64,000 bases of DNA from Vicugna vicugna (taxonomy: Eukaryota): positions 868,001-932,000 of the forward strand of contig MU063738.1 of the NCBI GenBank assembly GCA_013265495.1, read 5' to 3'. The position numbers and the translations under genes were made by a program. This document shows, piece by piece, positions 36,250 through 49,025 of this stretch. The notes beneath the pieces were generated by a model. It was not told the origin of the DNA and ran no database searches. It saw nothing but the letters and a program-made list of their open reading frames with translations. Positions within the stretch are counted from its first letter, which is position 1, and the number at the start of each line of letters is the position of its first letter.

Positions 36250-39200
36250 CACGTGCTCAAAAATAATTCTGGGAAGATGTGGAGTACTTCTCCCCATTAA
36301 CCAATGATGTCCAACTAAAACCCTGGACGTTATACACAAAGAAACACAAAAGGACTTGAAAAGGCAGAGAGGAAAGGCACGTCGGCTGGGCCCTCCCAAG
36401 GCTCTCACGGTGGGGGAGTCCCTGGGCTTTCGTTTTGCTTCAAAAATCCCAGTGAAGTGAAGTGAAGAAGCCGGCAACTCAGAGACGCCAACGGACACAA
36501 ACAGAAAAAAGCCCCAGCCGAAGCCTGCTCTCTCCAGCCAAAGGGCCAGGAAGGTGATAGCCCAGCAAGACAGAAAACTCTCAGACAGTAACTGCTCCAC
36601 TGCAGCCAGCTCCACAGTTCAGCCACCTCCACCCACACCAGCAAAGGCGGAGTGGGGAGCAGAGGCCACCCTCCCCGCGCTGGGCTGAAGCTGCCACGAG
36701 AGGCCGGTTGCGGGGTGTCAGAGTGGGCCAGGTTGCAGCAGGACACCCCCACCTGCTGACAGTGAGGCCACAGCCTCTCCGTCGTCGTCAGTGGAGACCA
36801 GGTGGGGAGCTGGAATGCCCACCCTCGGCCAGTGTAACGTGGAGCAGAGAACGAACGACATGAAGAAGAAGCAAATGGAAATTTTAAACTGAATCAACAT
36901 ACATCTCAGAGGATGGATCAACAGCAGAACGGAGGAGACAGAACAGGGTGAGTGAACTGGAAGACGGAACAATAGGAGCCACCCAGGATGAGCAACAGAA
37001 AGAAGGCAGACGGGGAAGAAGCGTGCCCCTAAGGACCGAAAGATCTAATTCACGTCCTCGAAGTCCTGGCAAGAGGGGAGAAGGAGAACGGGGCTGGAAA
37101 GTGCTCTAGGAGATAAGAGCTGAAAACGTCCCAAAGTCGCTAGGAGACACGAACCTGCTGATCCAAAGGCTTAGCAAAGGCCAAACGGGGTAAACCCACA
37201 GACATTCACAAGACACGTCACAACGAAACTTCTGCAAACTAAGGGCAGGAAAAAATCTTGAAAGCAGCCGGGAAAACAGGAAAGCTTATCTGCAGGGGAA
37301 AACAACTAAAATGACTGTGGGTTCCTCATCAGAAAGCACGGAGCCAGGAGTAAGTGGCAGGGTATTTTTCAAGTGCCGACAGAAAAGAACTGTCAGCCCA
37401 GAACCCCGGAAATCACCCTCAGGAGCGGAGGGAAAGTCACACACATTCTCAGATGGAGGGAACCGGGAGCGCTCGCCGCCAGTGGAAGAGCGGCGAATGA
37501 AGTCCTCCAAACAGAGTGGAAATGAAAAGGAGGAGATCTCAGAATAGCAGGAAGAAAGAAAAAGACACCTTAAGAAAAATATGGGCAAGTGCAAGAGGGC
37601 TCCCTTCTTTTGAGTTTTCTAGATTATGTTTGATGTTCGAAGCAAAAATTGTAACACTGTTTGATGTCCTAAACGTATATAAAGGAAATATTTAAGACAG
37701 TTGTATTACAAATGAGGGGAGGTAAGGAGGGGACACTCTAAAAATACAGAGAAGACTCACTGTGGGTTCATTTTGCAATGTACACAAATATTGAACCATT
37801 GTGTTGTACACCTGAAACTAATATAATATTATGTGTCAATTACATGTCAATAAAAACATGAAGATATATAAAAACAGAATTCGAAAAAATGCTCAACTAA
37901 CCCACAGGAAGGCAGGAAAAAGAAAGCAGAGGCATAAAAAACAGAGAGAACAAGCGGAAAGCAAAAAGTAAAACGGCAGACCTAACCCCTAACATACCAA
38001 TAATCACACAACTGTAAACCATCTGAACAGATGAATTGAAAGACATAGATTGAATGGACTAACACAATGTGACAACATGCTGCCTAGGAGAAACTAACTT
38101 CAAACATACACAAGCTATACAGGCAGGTTGAAAGTAAAAGAATGAAACCATTAAAAGAAAAGTAAAAGAATGGAAAAAGCGTTGTCATATAAAATTGACC
38201 AAAGGAAAGCAGGAATGACTACAGTTATATCAAATAAAGTAGACTTTGGAGCAAAGAAAATTGCTAGAGCTAGAAAGGGATATTCTATAATGATAAAAGT
38301 ATCCATCCACCAAGCAGACAGCAATCCAAGTTGTATGTGCACCGAACAATGGAGCTGAAAAATGCATAGAGCAAAGACTGACACAACTGAAAGAAGAAAT
38401 AAGGCAAATCCATAATTAGAGTTGGAAACCTCAACACTCCTCTCTCAACAACCGGCAGAGTCACTAGACAGAAAACCAACAAGGGCGGAGCTCGACCACG
38501 TCATTAGCCAACAGGGTCCACTCAGCACTGACAGACACCCCATCTACAGCAGCAGAGCACACACTGCTTTCAAGGGCTCATGGAACACGTGCCACAGACC
38601 ACATTCGGAGCCATAAAACACACATTAACAAATTAAAAAAATAGAAACTACATAGAGTGTGTTATCTGACTTCAGTGAAATCAAACTAGAAGTCCGCAAC
38701 AGAAAGATATTAGAAAGCTCTACAAACACTGGACACTAAGCAACACTCTTGTAAATAATCTTAAAGTCAAAAAGGAACTCAAGGAAAATGAAAAAATAAA
38801 TTGAACTAAGTAAAAATGAAAATACAGCATATCAAAATTGTGGAACGCAGCTAAAGCAGTGCTGAGAGGAAAATTCATAGCACGAAGCATACATCAGAAA
38901 AGAGAAAAGGTCTCAAGTCAATCAGCCAGGCCTCCACCTTAAGAACTTATAAAAAGAAGAGAGAAATAAACCCGAAACAAGCAGAAGGAAGAACATAATG
39001 AAGATAAGAACAGAAATCAATAAAATTGAAAACAGGAAGAAAACCAAATGCAGAGGTCAGAGGTTGCCAGTGTTGAGGAGAGAGATGACTACAGGAGGTG
39101 CAGCTTGTTCTGCATCATGGCTGCAGTGATGTCAGTGTCTGGCTGTGACATCCCACTACAGGACTGCATGGTTCTGCAAGATGCTACCACTGCGGGAAAC

Positions 39201-39270
39201 TGGGTTAAGAGAACACGGGATCCCTGTGAGTGAGTTCTTACAACTGCACGTGACTTTGCAATGATCTCCC
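36250..39270 (+). mobile_element. L1MD-like element: 5'UTR, degraded ORF1, ORF2 endonuclease region, then directly the 3'UTR
   Basis: 5' region aaaccctggacgttatac...gaagaagccggcaac. EN-like KAGMTTVISNKVDFGAKKIARARKGYSIMIKVSIHQ. Tail gcaagatgctaccactgcgggaaactggg...ttcttacaactgcacgtga. Confidence 0.85.
37745..37857 (+). mobile_element. Nested short L1 3' end (L1MA9-like) inside the L1MD inter-ORF region
   Basis: cattttgcaatgtacacaaatattgaacc...gttgtacacctgaaactaatataatattatgtgtcaattacatgtcaataaaaa. Confidence 0.7.
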
Positions 39271-39299
39271 GATGCCTGTGTGGCCCATACCCATCAGCC

Positions 39300-39540
39300 T
39301 GCGATGTCCATTTCTCATGCCGCCTCCTTCATGGAGCCTTTCTGGATTTCTCCAGGGAAGTCATGTCCCATCCTTGAAACTCCCCTGACTCTCAGGGACT
39401 GAATGCTTGCCACCTTAGATTATAGAATGTGCATGTCCTAGCTTCTTTACCAGATGGTGAGCCCCTGAGGCCGAGGACACCTCCTGTTCCTCCCTGAGCC
39501 CAGCCCAGTCCTCCACACTTAGAAACAGAACTCCACAGTG
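39300..39540 (+). mobile_element. L2 3' fragment
   Basis: ccagatggtgagcccctgaggccgaggacac...cccagtcctccacac. Confidence 0.45.
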
Positions 39541-39564
39541 TGGGACACAGTACCCAGAGCTTTC

Positions 39565-39770
39565 ATCGGGTGCCAGGCTCTGTTCTACATATGCTTCACG
39601 TACTAGCTCAGCTGATCGCCACCAGAACCCTGGGAGGTAGTCACTTTATTCTCATGTTACAAATGAAGAAGCGATGTCTCAGCTTAAACAACTTGCCTGG
39701 GTTACGCAGCTTGAAAGAGCAGACACCAGAACTTAAACCCAGTGGATCTGGCCCAAGTCCACTCTCCTAA
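39565..39770 (-). mobile_element. MIR
   Basis: gtgccaggctctgttctacatatgcttcac...ttacaaatgaagaagc...aacttgcctgggttacgcagc. Confidence 0.7.
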
Positions 39771-41239
39771 CGGCTGTGCTATCGTGGCTTCTCTTAGGCT
39801 CTCCTGGACGGAGCCTGCTGAGGGCTGGGCGAGACCAGGCTGTCTAGGGCCCGGGGGGGGGCCCGAGGGAGGGCTGGTTCAGGGCAGCTGGAGGGCTGTG
39901 GACAGGCCTTCCCTCACCCCGAGGGGCAGAGTGGGCAGGGGCTTTTCAGAGTCGGCGCAGGCTGTGCAAAGCCCCATAGCTGCCCGGGCCAGCTGGCGAC
40001 TCCCCGCTAAGCTGGTCTGGGCTTCCTTGTGGCCACACCAAGGGTGGCCACGCCCAGGGCAGCCACGTCTGGGGACAACCACAGAGGACAGCGGCTGGTC
40101 TGGAGCAGGAGACAGTGTGGGCCTCCCTCCATCATTACAGAGGGTCCTGAGGGCAAGACGGCACGGGGGTGTGAGTGAGAGACGGGGGTGGGGAGGACTG
40201 AAGCCCCATGGGAGGCTCTGTGCCAGCAAGAGCGGGTCCAGAGACAGGCAGGGCCGGGCTGCAGGCCGCCTACCCAGGTCACGTGCCCTCTTCCACGGTT
40301 TGCCTTGTTCCCCTCCCTTCCTCCCTCCCCTGGAAAGAGTGTGAACGTGGCACAGGTCACGGACACGTGCACACACACACACACACTCTCATCAGAAAGC
40401 AAACAGAAAACTCTCTGGGGAAAGCAGCCACATTCTGGGCCAGCCCCCGAGGCCTGTCTTGGCTGGATGTCCTCTGTCTGTCCGTCCTCTGGATCAGTCA
40501 GGGTGTCTGGCCGAGATAGAAAATTCCTGGGGGACAAGCCCTGTACACGTGTAATTCAATCTGCTCTCGACCAACGCAAGTAAACACTCAGACAGGGCTC
40601 CAAACAAAGTCTGACGATTGCCTTCCGAGGGGAGGGCCCATCTGTGGACACTCCCACGTTGACAGTGGGTTCCGGCGGCCTGGTCTGGGCTGCTGGGCTC
40701 ACGGCGCCTGCCTCATCTGAAGGGAAAAGACGAGATGACACGGGGAGTGGCAGAGCAGGACAGTGGGGAGGAGCAGAAAGACACCAGCACGCCTCAGGGC
40801 ACCACTGGAGCAGAGAGGAGCTCAGCATCTGGAAGAGCTAAACCCGGTGCCCTCCCTGCGCAGGCGAGGGGGGACGTCCCCCTGCCTCCCTTGACCCCTG
40901 CGAGGACTTGCTGGTCGTAGGTCAGACACGTTATCAATGTCCCCCTTTCACCAATGGCAACAGAGGCCAAGAGAAGTCAGCGCCCAGGCCTCGGGACTCC
41001 TGTCCCAGCCCGTCCTAACACACCTTGCTCTTGGGAGCTAAGAAGCCAGTTGGGACCTGCGGTCTTGGTCACCACAGAACCACCACGCAGCACCTTGCAG
41101 ACCCCAGCCTGGAGCTGTCGGAACCCGCCCGCTCCCCCAGCCTCCTTACCGGCTCACCAAGGATCCCCTACTTTTCTCCCTTACCCTCGATCACACCCTC
41201 ATCCACTCTCTCGTAAAGGCCTCTGCCTGCAAGGTGCTA

Positions 41240-41520
41240 GGTTAGCGTGCGGTGAGTGGACGACTGGACGAAGGTGGAATGAGCAATGCAGGGGCGAACG
41301 GACCGTCAGCGGCCCCTGGGGCTGCTGGGGGCACAGCAGGCGCTCCCCTCCCCACCGCCGGCTGGACCGGCTGTCCTCAGCACCGCCGGTGTTGTTCCCA
41401 CTCAGACAGTTTGCAACCTTCCCACCGTGATAAACAGCCCGGCAGAGAACATTCCTGCAGCTAGATCTCTGTACACATTGATGATCACTTAACTTAGGAT
41501 AAATTCCTATGTAATCCCAC
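41240..41520 (-). mobile_element. Old L1 fragment
   Basis: gaacattcctgcagctagatctctgtacac...ttaggataaattccta. Confidence 0.55.
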
Positions 41521-42219
41521 TTTAATAGTGGGATAAACAAAACCATATTAGGAAGGGAAATTTGCTGCAAAAGAGAAATGAAAGTTATAATAAGCGATTC
41601 GAGGCAAAACAGAAAGGCTGGCCAGGCCCCCAGTTCTCGACTGTGGGTAACTGAGCGGCCTCTGCAGTTGTAGTCTTGGGGCTCCATAGCCAGAGGCCAA
41701 CAGCCCTCACCCCGCTGCCCCTCTCTGTCTGGGCCTGGCCCCTCGGCTGTGCTGCAAAACTCCCCAGCAGGGCCAGCACCCCCCTGTACCCCCTGCCCCA
41801 AGCCAGAGCAGAAAGGTGCCCAGTGGACACAGACACAGACAGATGCTCTGTAGCAGGCTAGCTGGACGGGGCACAGCAGAGTGGGGGAGGGAGCGGTCCA
41901 TCTGCACCCACTACGCAGGGGATTCCACACCGGGAGCCCCGCCAGCACGACCACTCCCATCGCCCAGCACCATCTTCACGTTCCTGGTGAAGACCAGGCT
42001 CCAGGATGTGGCCCAGCGCCCCCAGAGCCCTGCCGGGCTGAGCACTGTGAGCCTGCATGGCTCAGTGTGTGCTGACAGCGGCTGCCACTGGGCCGCTGCC
42101 ACCAGGCCTGGCAGGGACAGAGCAGTCCCGGGCACTTCCACCCTGACGGGGTGGGGTGGACGCCCACACAGCGGAAGTGGGTGCGGAGATGCTGCAAAGC
42201 TCAGGAAACTCGAGGCTTG

Positions 42220-42233
42220 GTTGCCTTGGCAAC
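42220..42233. promoter_or_regulatory. RFX X-box GTTGCCTTGGCAAC
   Basis: Exact GTTGCC-NN-GGCAAC palindrome, flanked by ETS GCGGAAGTG (42171-42179) and E2F-like TGGCGGAAAA (42279-42288). Confidence 0.6.
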
Positions 42234-43570
42234 GGGTGACCAGGGTCAGCGGTGGAGCAGAGGCAGCTGCAGGGCTAATGGCGGAAAATAGGCCATGCTG
42301 TCAGGCCCGGGTTCCGGGGACAGAGAGCTCCCGGAGGCGACACCGCCCTACACCTGGGCTCCCGGGACCCGGCGTCCCTGCACTCGTGGGCTGGCAGGGG
42401 AGGGGCAGGAAGGGGCCACTTTCACTGGGGTCTCAGCCCTCAGCCAGCCAGGGGACACCCTCCAGCAGAGGCCAGGCTGTGGACAGTGTGGAGAGCCCCG
42501 TGTCCCACCCTGGGCACCAGGGAAATGTCCCCAGCCCCTCTGTGGCTCCACTTCACAGCCCTCGAGACTCACCTCCTGTCTCCTCCAAGGACAGACGGTC
42601 TGAGGGGCCACCTGGCTGATGGGGCCTTCCCATTGGCTGCCCTGTGCTGCTCACAGGCTGGGACTGCAGGCCAGGGGCCAGGACGGGGGCGTGTGACCAG
42701 ATGCCCCTGGAATGGAGGGGCAGAATTCAGGGCTGTGTCGCTGAGCCCTCCTCGAGGCCTGGAAGGAGGGCCTGACCCTGAGCGGCCGGCTCTCTGGGTT
42801 TGCTGGGCCTGCCCTGCGGGGGAGGGAGGGGTGGCCCTGGGCACTGCCCGCACACGGGGCGTGGGCTCTGCCAGGGACGGAGGGAGGGGACCTGCTCTGA
42901 TGTTTTGTTTGGTGTTTTCAGGTCACTTAATCAGGACACACAAGAGGCCAGGAGCACCACCAGGACGGTGTGGTGCCTCTGCCCTAAGAAATAGTATGAA
43001 CAGTAAACTATAAATCACAGGGAATGAAACGAATACTGTGTTTGGCAGCTAGAACATCTGCTCGTAGATCACCTCACGTGGGTCTCGTGATGGCCTGGGA
43101 GCCAGGCGGGCAGAGGCACCTCTCCCTTTGTGTCACCAGTACCCTGCAGAGAAGGAGCCAGCTCGCCCGAGGTCGCCGGTGGCCAGAGCCTGCGGGACCT
43201 GGCTCTCCGCTCTTGGCCAGCTCAGGGGGGGCCTGGGACTTCCTGATGTGGGGTGATGAGCTGCATGCCCCGAGGGGCGCCCCCCACGCCCGGTAACAGC
43301 ACCCCTTTCTTCGTGCTGCCCACGAGCTCCCAGCGTCTCTGCACTTTCCCCAGACCATTTTTTCTCCCTCCGGAATCATTCCCTCACCCCTTTCTCGAGC
43401 CTAAGGACACAGTCCCCTTCCTGCCCCTCTTCCGGGTTAACTCCGGGTCTACGGGAAGGACCCAGCGACCTTGGCTGGTGGCAGATTCGTCGTGATGTTT
43501 ACACTTGTCGACGGTGCCTTGCGTCAGTCACCTAGACTGTGTGAGTTCAAACCAGGCCCAGAGTAGCAGA

Positions 43571-43605
43571 AGACGCCCCAAGACGATAAGAGACGCCCCA
43601 AGACG
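43571..43605 (+). repeat. 20-bp tandem duplication (agacgccccaagacgataag x1.75)
   Basis: Directly visible in the sequence. Confidence 0.9.
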
Positions 43606-43769
43606 GAGGACTCGGGCTCGGTCCGTGGGAAGCTGCTGGGTTTGCTGGGGCTGCTGCTGTCTGCTTGTCTGTCTGGCGCAGGAGCTGGGGCAGAACCGGC
43701 CCTTGTGCTGGCTGAGCGCGCGCTCGGCACGGAGCTCTCCTCCTCGCTGCTTGTTTCTGATTAGCTTTT

Positions 43770-43915
43770 TGGAAACTGTCTTAAAATTAGAGAAATGTTC
43801 CAAGTTTTAGTACAAAGAACTTTCCCCTGAACCATCTGAGAGTAAACTGCTGGCAGCCGGCGTCACCCGATGGCCTCAGCGCCCACTTCCTACAAGTCAG
43901 CACCTCTCCTGTAAC
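43770..43915 (-). mobile_element. L1MC-like 3' end
   Basis: tagtacaaagaactttcccctgaaccatctgagagtaaactgc. Confidence 0.65.
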
Positions 43916-44884
43916 TCCCGTCCCGGCCCCACGGGCAGAGCACTGGCCGGGGCCGTCCTGCTGCCGAGCGCTTGCGCTCTCTCCAGGCGCCGCCCGTCCC
44001 CAGGGCCCGCTGCAGCAAGACCCCGCTCAGGCCGCTTGCGGCATTCAGTCGCCGCCTCTTCCCTGACAGTTTGTGAACGAGACCCCCTTGGCAATCCAGA
44101 CCGTCTTGCACGGTGTCGGGTCACAGAAGGCCGTCCTCGGGGACCTCGGAGCATGGGGGGGGGGTTACGAGCCGCGGGGCCTGGACGCCCTCTGAGCGTC
44201 CTGGGGGCTGAGTAAGCGTACCTCGAGATTCCTGGAGGCATTTGCTTCAAGAACAGGTGGTCAAAATCCTTCACAAACCCACGCCCGCTCGGGGCCAGCC
44301 CTGGCATCGGTGAGGGGGGATTCAGGCTGCAGCCGTGCCCCCCTGTTGCCCTAGGGCACCAGAAGGCTGCTGGGAAGACTCCCCCCGAAACGAAGCCCAC
44401 AGGCCCACCTGACATTAGCCCCAGGCCTGGCTGGTGTGACCATCTCTGGCCAGGGCCAGCTGTCCAGCTCGGACAAGCCCCCAGCCAGCTCTGCCCTGTC
44501 CTCGGGGCTGCTGATGCGGGCAAACAGAGGTCCTGGGCGTGAGAGTATGGCCTGGGCTTGCCCGGTTCCGTGGAAACATGCTTCTCCCCGGCGTCCGGCT
44601 AACAGGAAGCAGCTGGGGCAGCGGAGCTCCGGGGACTTGCCCCACGCAGCTGTCCACCCAGGCCCCTCCGGCCCGCCTCCCTCCCCAGGCCTGCCATCCA
44701 AGCCCAGTGACCTGGGGAGACCTGCAGACACTTCTGTGTGTGCACGAGGCCCACCTGGACTTTCAGACAGACAGATAGACAGCCAGCCTGGGGGAGCGGT
44801 CGGGGAGAGGACGCAGAGCCCTTGCTTGGAGCCCGGAGCTGAGCACCTACTCTGGGGTGTGCCCTGCCCGCACGGGGGTTGCTT

Positions 44885-45000
44885 GTGGTAACTTGTTGAA
44901 CCTCGACAACTTCAGGAATTGAGGGTGATCAACAGTCCCATTTTACAGGGAAGGAAAGTGAGGTCCCAGGAGGTAAAACCAGGCGCCTGGTGCCACGGTC
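44885..45000 (-). mobile_element. MIR fragment
   Basis: cccattttacagggaaggaaagtgaggtcccagg. Confidence 0.6.
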
Positions 45001-46415
45001 ACCGTCAGCCCACGTCTGCCCAAGCCTGTTCTCAGCCCGCCTGCTCGGGGGCCTGTGTGTGCAGGCAGCCACTGGGGCCCTCCCAGGAACTGTGCTGGGC
45101 CAGATGTGGCCAGATGTGCCACTGCCCCGAACTCAGAAGGGACACTCAGCACTGGACGGGGACTCGGGACGCAGCCTGAGGAAGCGGAGGTGGGGGCAGT
45201 GCCGGCGCTGTGTTAACAAGTGGGCTTTGAGCCCTACGGGAAGCAGAGGTTCTGGGCGCCAGGATTCCGGGATGGGCAGCCCTGATCTTCCCACGGGAAC
45301 TGCCAACCAGGGACAAGGGGAGCTGGCTCTGGGCTGCGGCCAGTCCCTCCCGCGCGGAGGGGCAGGGAGAGCCCTGGGCAGCGCCCCCCACCCCCGGCCT
45401 TGCACACCAGCCCTCACTGTCTCCCTCTCTTTGTGAGCCTGCCAGGCCCACGCTCCAGTGACTCCCGGCTCCAAGCCCTCAGAGCTGGCGCTCGGCGCAC
45501 TTTGCCTCACGGGGTCTCGTGGGGCAAGACGGTGCAGTGCAGCGGCCACACAGCCGGGCAGGGCCCTTGGGGAGGCTCCATCTCCCGGTCCGGTCCTCAT
45601 GTGCGCCTGCACTGTGCAGAGAAAGGACACTCCGGACGTGTGGCCGGGTACCGCACAGACGTGGCGTGCGCGAGGCCTGGGTGCAGGTGTGACTGCGGAA
45701 GCTGGTGTCTGTGGACTGGGTGGCAGACACTGGCCACGCTGGCTTGGAAGGGAGGCCCGGGGGTGCTGCAGGTGCCCCTCCCTGGGCCTCTGACGGCTGT
45801 GGACACATCCGCTGTCTACACACACAGGAGGTCCTTATCGCTGGATGAACTGGATCAGACGGATCCTGAGGCGCCTCTCTGAGCAGCATGGCCAGCAGGA
45901 CTGACAGGGTGGCAGAACCCCTCCCACCGCAGCCCTCCCGCCCTGGGCCTGAGTCTGGGGGCCGCCCCTCAGAGGACCCAGCGGAGGGAGCCCCCCGCCA
46001 CGAGCAGCTCCCCTGCGGCGGACGGCCTCCCCACCATGTCAGGAAGGGCGGGTGATACTGATTTCCAAACGCCGCCCAGTCTCCATCCTATCAGAGTCCC
46101 GTGAAGGCAGCGGGTCATCTCTTCTGTCTTCCGGTGGCTTTGGAGTGGGGTTGGGTGGGGGGAAGACTCTTCCAAAACACCGGCTAACGGAGTCACCCCC
46201 TGCAGTTTGGGATGGGTGAGCGAGTCATGGTGCCCCCCCGGGAAAGAGCGTTAACAGCGACGCGTGCAGAGCTCTGACGGACACGGAAAATGCCTGAGAC
46301 AATATTAAACAGCAGAAAAAACACAAAACCACAAAGCTGCAAACAGAGCTGACACCGACTGTGAGGGAGAGGCTGGCCTGGAAATAGGAGAGGTGGCAGG
46401 AAGGCGCGCGCTTAC

Positions 46416-46453
46416 TTCCGGACGGGGATGGCAGCTGCCGAGCGCTCGGCCAT
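46416..46453 (-). CDS. Candidate alternative first coding mini-exon MAERSAAAIPVR(K/N)
   Basis: ATG at 46453 in strong Kozak context (AGAATGG), 38 nt to donor GAA|GTAAGC, phase 2. Sits in a locally less GC-rich, non-repeat block. Confidence 0.35.
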
Positions 46454-47689
46454 TCTGCCAGCCAGGAGAACAACAAGTTGTTCAATTAGGGGTAAAGGAG
46501 CCGTGGCAGGCAGTGTCTGTGGTGGGCAGGGAGGAAGCCCCTCCAGGGCTAGTGTGGCCGTGGGGCAGGGGGCCTCCCTGCCAGATGGGGGGGGCACGCC
46601 TCCCAGCCGGGAGCACCGCCTGGGTACTGAGGGGGTGGCATGAGCCATGCGACCTGGGGGCTGTACGGGGTGGCGCAGTGGGCTCAGTGGGAGGCCTTCC
46701 TGGAGGCGGTGGGCCTGAAGGGGCCTCCTCTGAGGTGAACTGGGGAGGATGGGTCTCTAGGTGTCCCGTGGGCTGCGGGGAGGGTCCTTGGAGAACACAG
46801 CAAAGCTGTCAGAACTGTGTGTGTTGGAGGTGTGGGTGTGGGCAGGGTGGGGAGGCCCCTGGAGCCCGGAGAGGGTCCCGATGGGACGGGAGAGCCCAGA
46901 GCTGAGGGAGAGGGAGCAGTGGGGGCTGAGGAAGGGCCCAGGCGGAGCCTTGACAGGCAGGAGGGTGGCTGCGTCTCAAGTTGTTCTTTTAGAGAAAAGT
47001 CAGAGCTGCCATGGGCCATGTGGGTGTTAATTTTTGGCTGGTTCAGTGAACCAGGGGCCGGGAAGAGTGTCTGGCGCCTCTGGTGATGAAATGCTGGTCA
47101 AATCCTCCCCCTCACGTGGCCCGGGGTCCTGCCTCCGACCGTGGGGGCCTCAGTTTCCCCCAGAGAGGCGGGGGTGGGTGACAGTCTCCCATTGTCCTCG
47201 GGGCTCCCGGGCTCCGCTAATAAAAATGATTGTAAAACGCTTTGCAAACAGCGGGGCTGCTCACAACGGAGGCTTCTCCCCCACAGAGCAGCTTCAGTCC
47301 CCACAGGGGTCCGCCCGGAGCCTCGCTGCCCTCGGAAGAAGGGGCCTTCTGTTCCCCGGTGAGCTGAGTGAACGCCGCGGCCGCGGGACAGCCAGGGGCC
47401 GGGCCCTGTGCCCACTGCTGGCAGCCGCCCTCACACAGCACAAGGAGAAGTCTGTGTGTCTCCTTGGCCGGGAGCCCGCGCTGCCAAGGCCCTGTGACGC
47501 TGCAGGACTCGGGGGCGGAGGGAGGGCGGGCGGCAGAGAGCTGGCGCGTCTCACTCAGGGAAGTGGTGTGATGACTAATCTTAACGGGGAAGCAACGGCG
47601 AATGCTCACTGAGTCCCTAGTGGGTGCGGTCACTTTACACGTGTTAGCTCCACTCAGCGGCCCTCGGTGTCAGGGGCCACTCCACTCCC

Positions 47690-48128
47690 TGGGGTGCTGG
47701 TGGCAGAGCAATGGGCCCTGAAGACGCCTCTGCCCCAATACTTAGAACTTGTAACGCATGACCTCAAACTGCAGACGTGACCAAGGTTAAGGACCAGTGA
47801 CAGAGTCGCCTGGATTATCCAGGTGGACCCAACCCAGTCCCACAAACCCTTAAAAGCAGAGACCCCTTCCCGGCTTCAGGGGACAGGCAGGGGACAGGCA
47901 GAGGACAGCGAGGGGGGCCTGGGCTGCGGCTGCCAGCGTTGAAACGCAGGAAGGGGCCACGGACCAGAGTAAGAGCGGCCTCTCCTGGTGGCTCGGCAGG
48001 GACCCAGCCCTGCCCACGTCTGGTCTTACCTAGCGGCACCCCGACCCACAGCCACGCGATCACACGTGTGTCGTGGGAAGCCACAGAGGTGGTGGAAATT
48101 TGCTGGAGCAGCAACAGCACACGAACGC
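47690..48128 (+). mobile_element. MaLR solo LTR (MLT1D-like)
   Basis: ggattatccaggtggacccaa...gaaggggccacggaccag...ggtggaaatttgctggagcagcaac. Confidence 0.8.
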
Positions 48129-48339
48129 ACGTCCCCAGAGGCATGGGTGTTCAGCCACACATGGGGAAGCACTGCTGGGATGAGCGGGAGGTGGATTCCG
48201 TCCCCAGAGGAGAGCCGCCCTCCCCCTGGCGTGCCAGACACCCGTGCGAGGGCTGAAGAGGACCCGTCCAACCAGGCGGCTAGTCACCCCCATGGCTCTG
48301 CCCAGGGGCCTCCTTACCCTCAAGAAACCGGTTCAAGCA

Positions 48340-48470
48340 GGAATCAGGGCCCTCACCCTGCGGATGAGGAAATGGAGGCTCCGAGAAGCGGGCTGTCACG
48401 CACAGGGTCCCGCGGCCCCACCCGGCCCGGAGCACACACTCCCAGGATCCGACTCCAGGTCTGGTTCCTC
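48340..48470 (-). mobile_element. MIR fragment
   Basis: gcggatgaggaaatggaggctccgaga. Confidence 0.5.
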
Positions 48471-48884
48471 CTTGCCTCAGGTCTGGGGACTCTGGGGGTT
48501 TACCCCGCTAATCCCACCACCCGAAGCAGAGCCCTGGGGTCCCACAGCCCCAGCCAGCGCCTTGGGGCTGCTGCTCTGTGCGCCTGCCCCAGCCCGGACC
48601 CACCCACTTCTCCCAGCCAGGGCATGGCCACCCCTGGAGGGAGTCTGCTGTCCGGGTGGCGTCCTTGTGTCCGGGGGCTCCCGGGGACGTATGTTCTGCT
48701 TCTGCAGATGCACGGGGGAGAGAGATGGGAGCGGCCCCCAGCACAGCGGCCTGCTAAGCACATCTGCACCCTCTGCCTGTCCTTCTCCACACATCCCCCA
48801 AGGACGTCCCTTCCCCGCACGTGTCCTCTTAGGACTCCCCTCCCCGGGACCAGGCCATCTTAATACTCCCAACCACCCATCCCG

Positions 48885-49025
48885 GCAAAACCTGTTTATA
48901 AAGCCTGTGCATGACCTCATCGACCGCCCCGCCCACCTCCCGGGCTGTTCTCACCCCCACGTCTCAGAAGAGGGAACTGATGCTCAGACAGATTGCATGA
49001 CGTGTTCCACACCATCAGGCACAGC
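48885..49025 (-). mobile_element. MIR fragment
   Basis: cagaagagggaactgatgctcagacagattgcatgac. Confidence 0.45.

Noticed and set aside
42573-42663. Exon-like 91-nt segment with a perfect GAG|GTGAGT donor
   Set aside because: No independent support; pseudo-exons are expected at this frequency.
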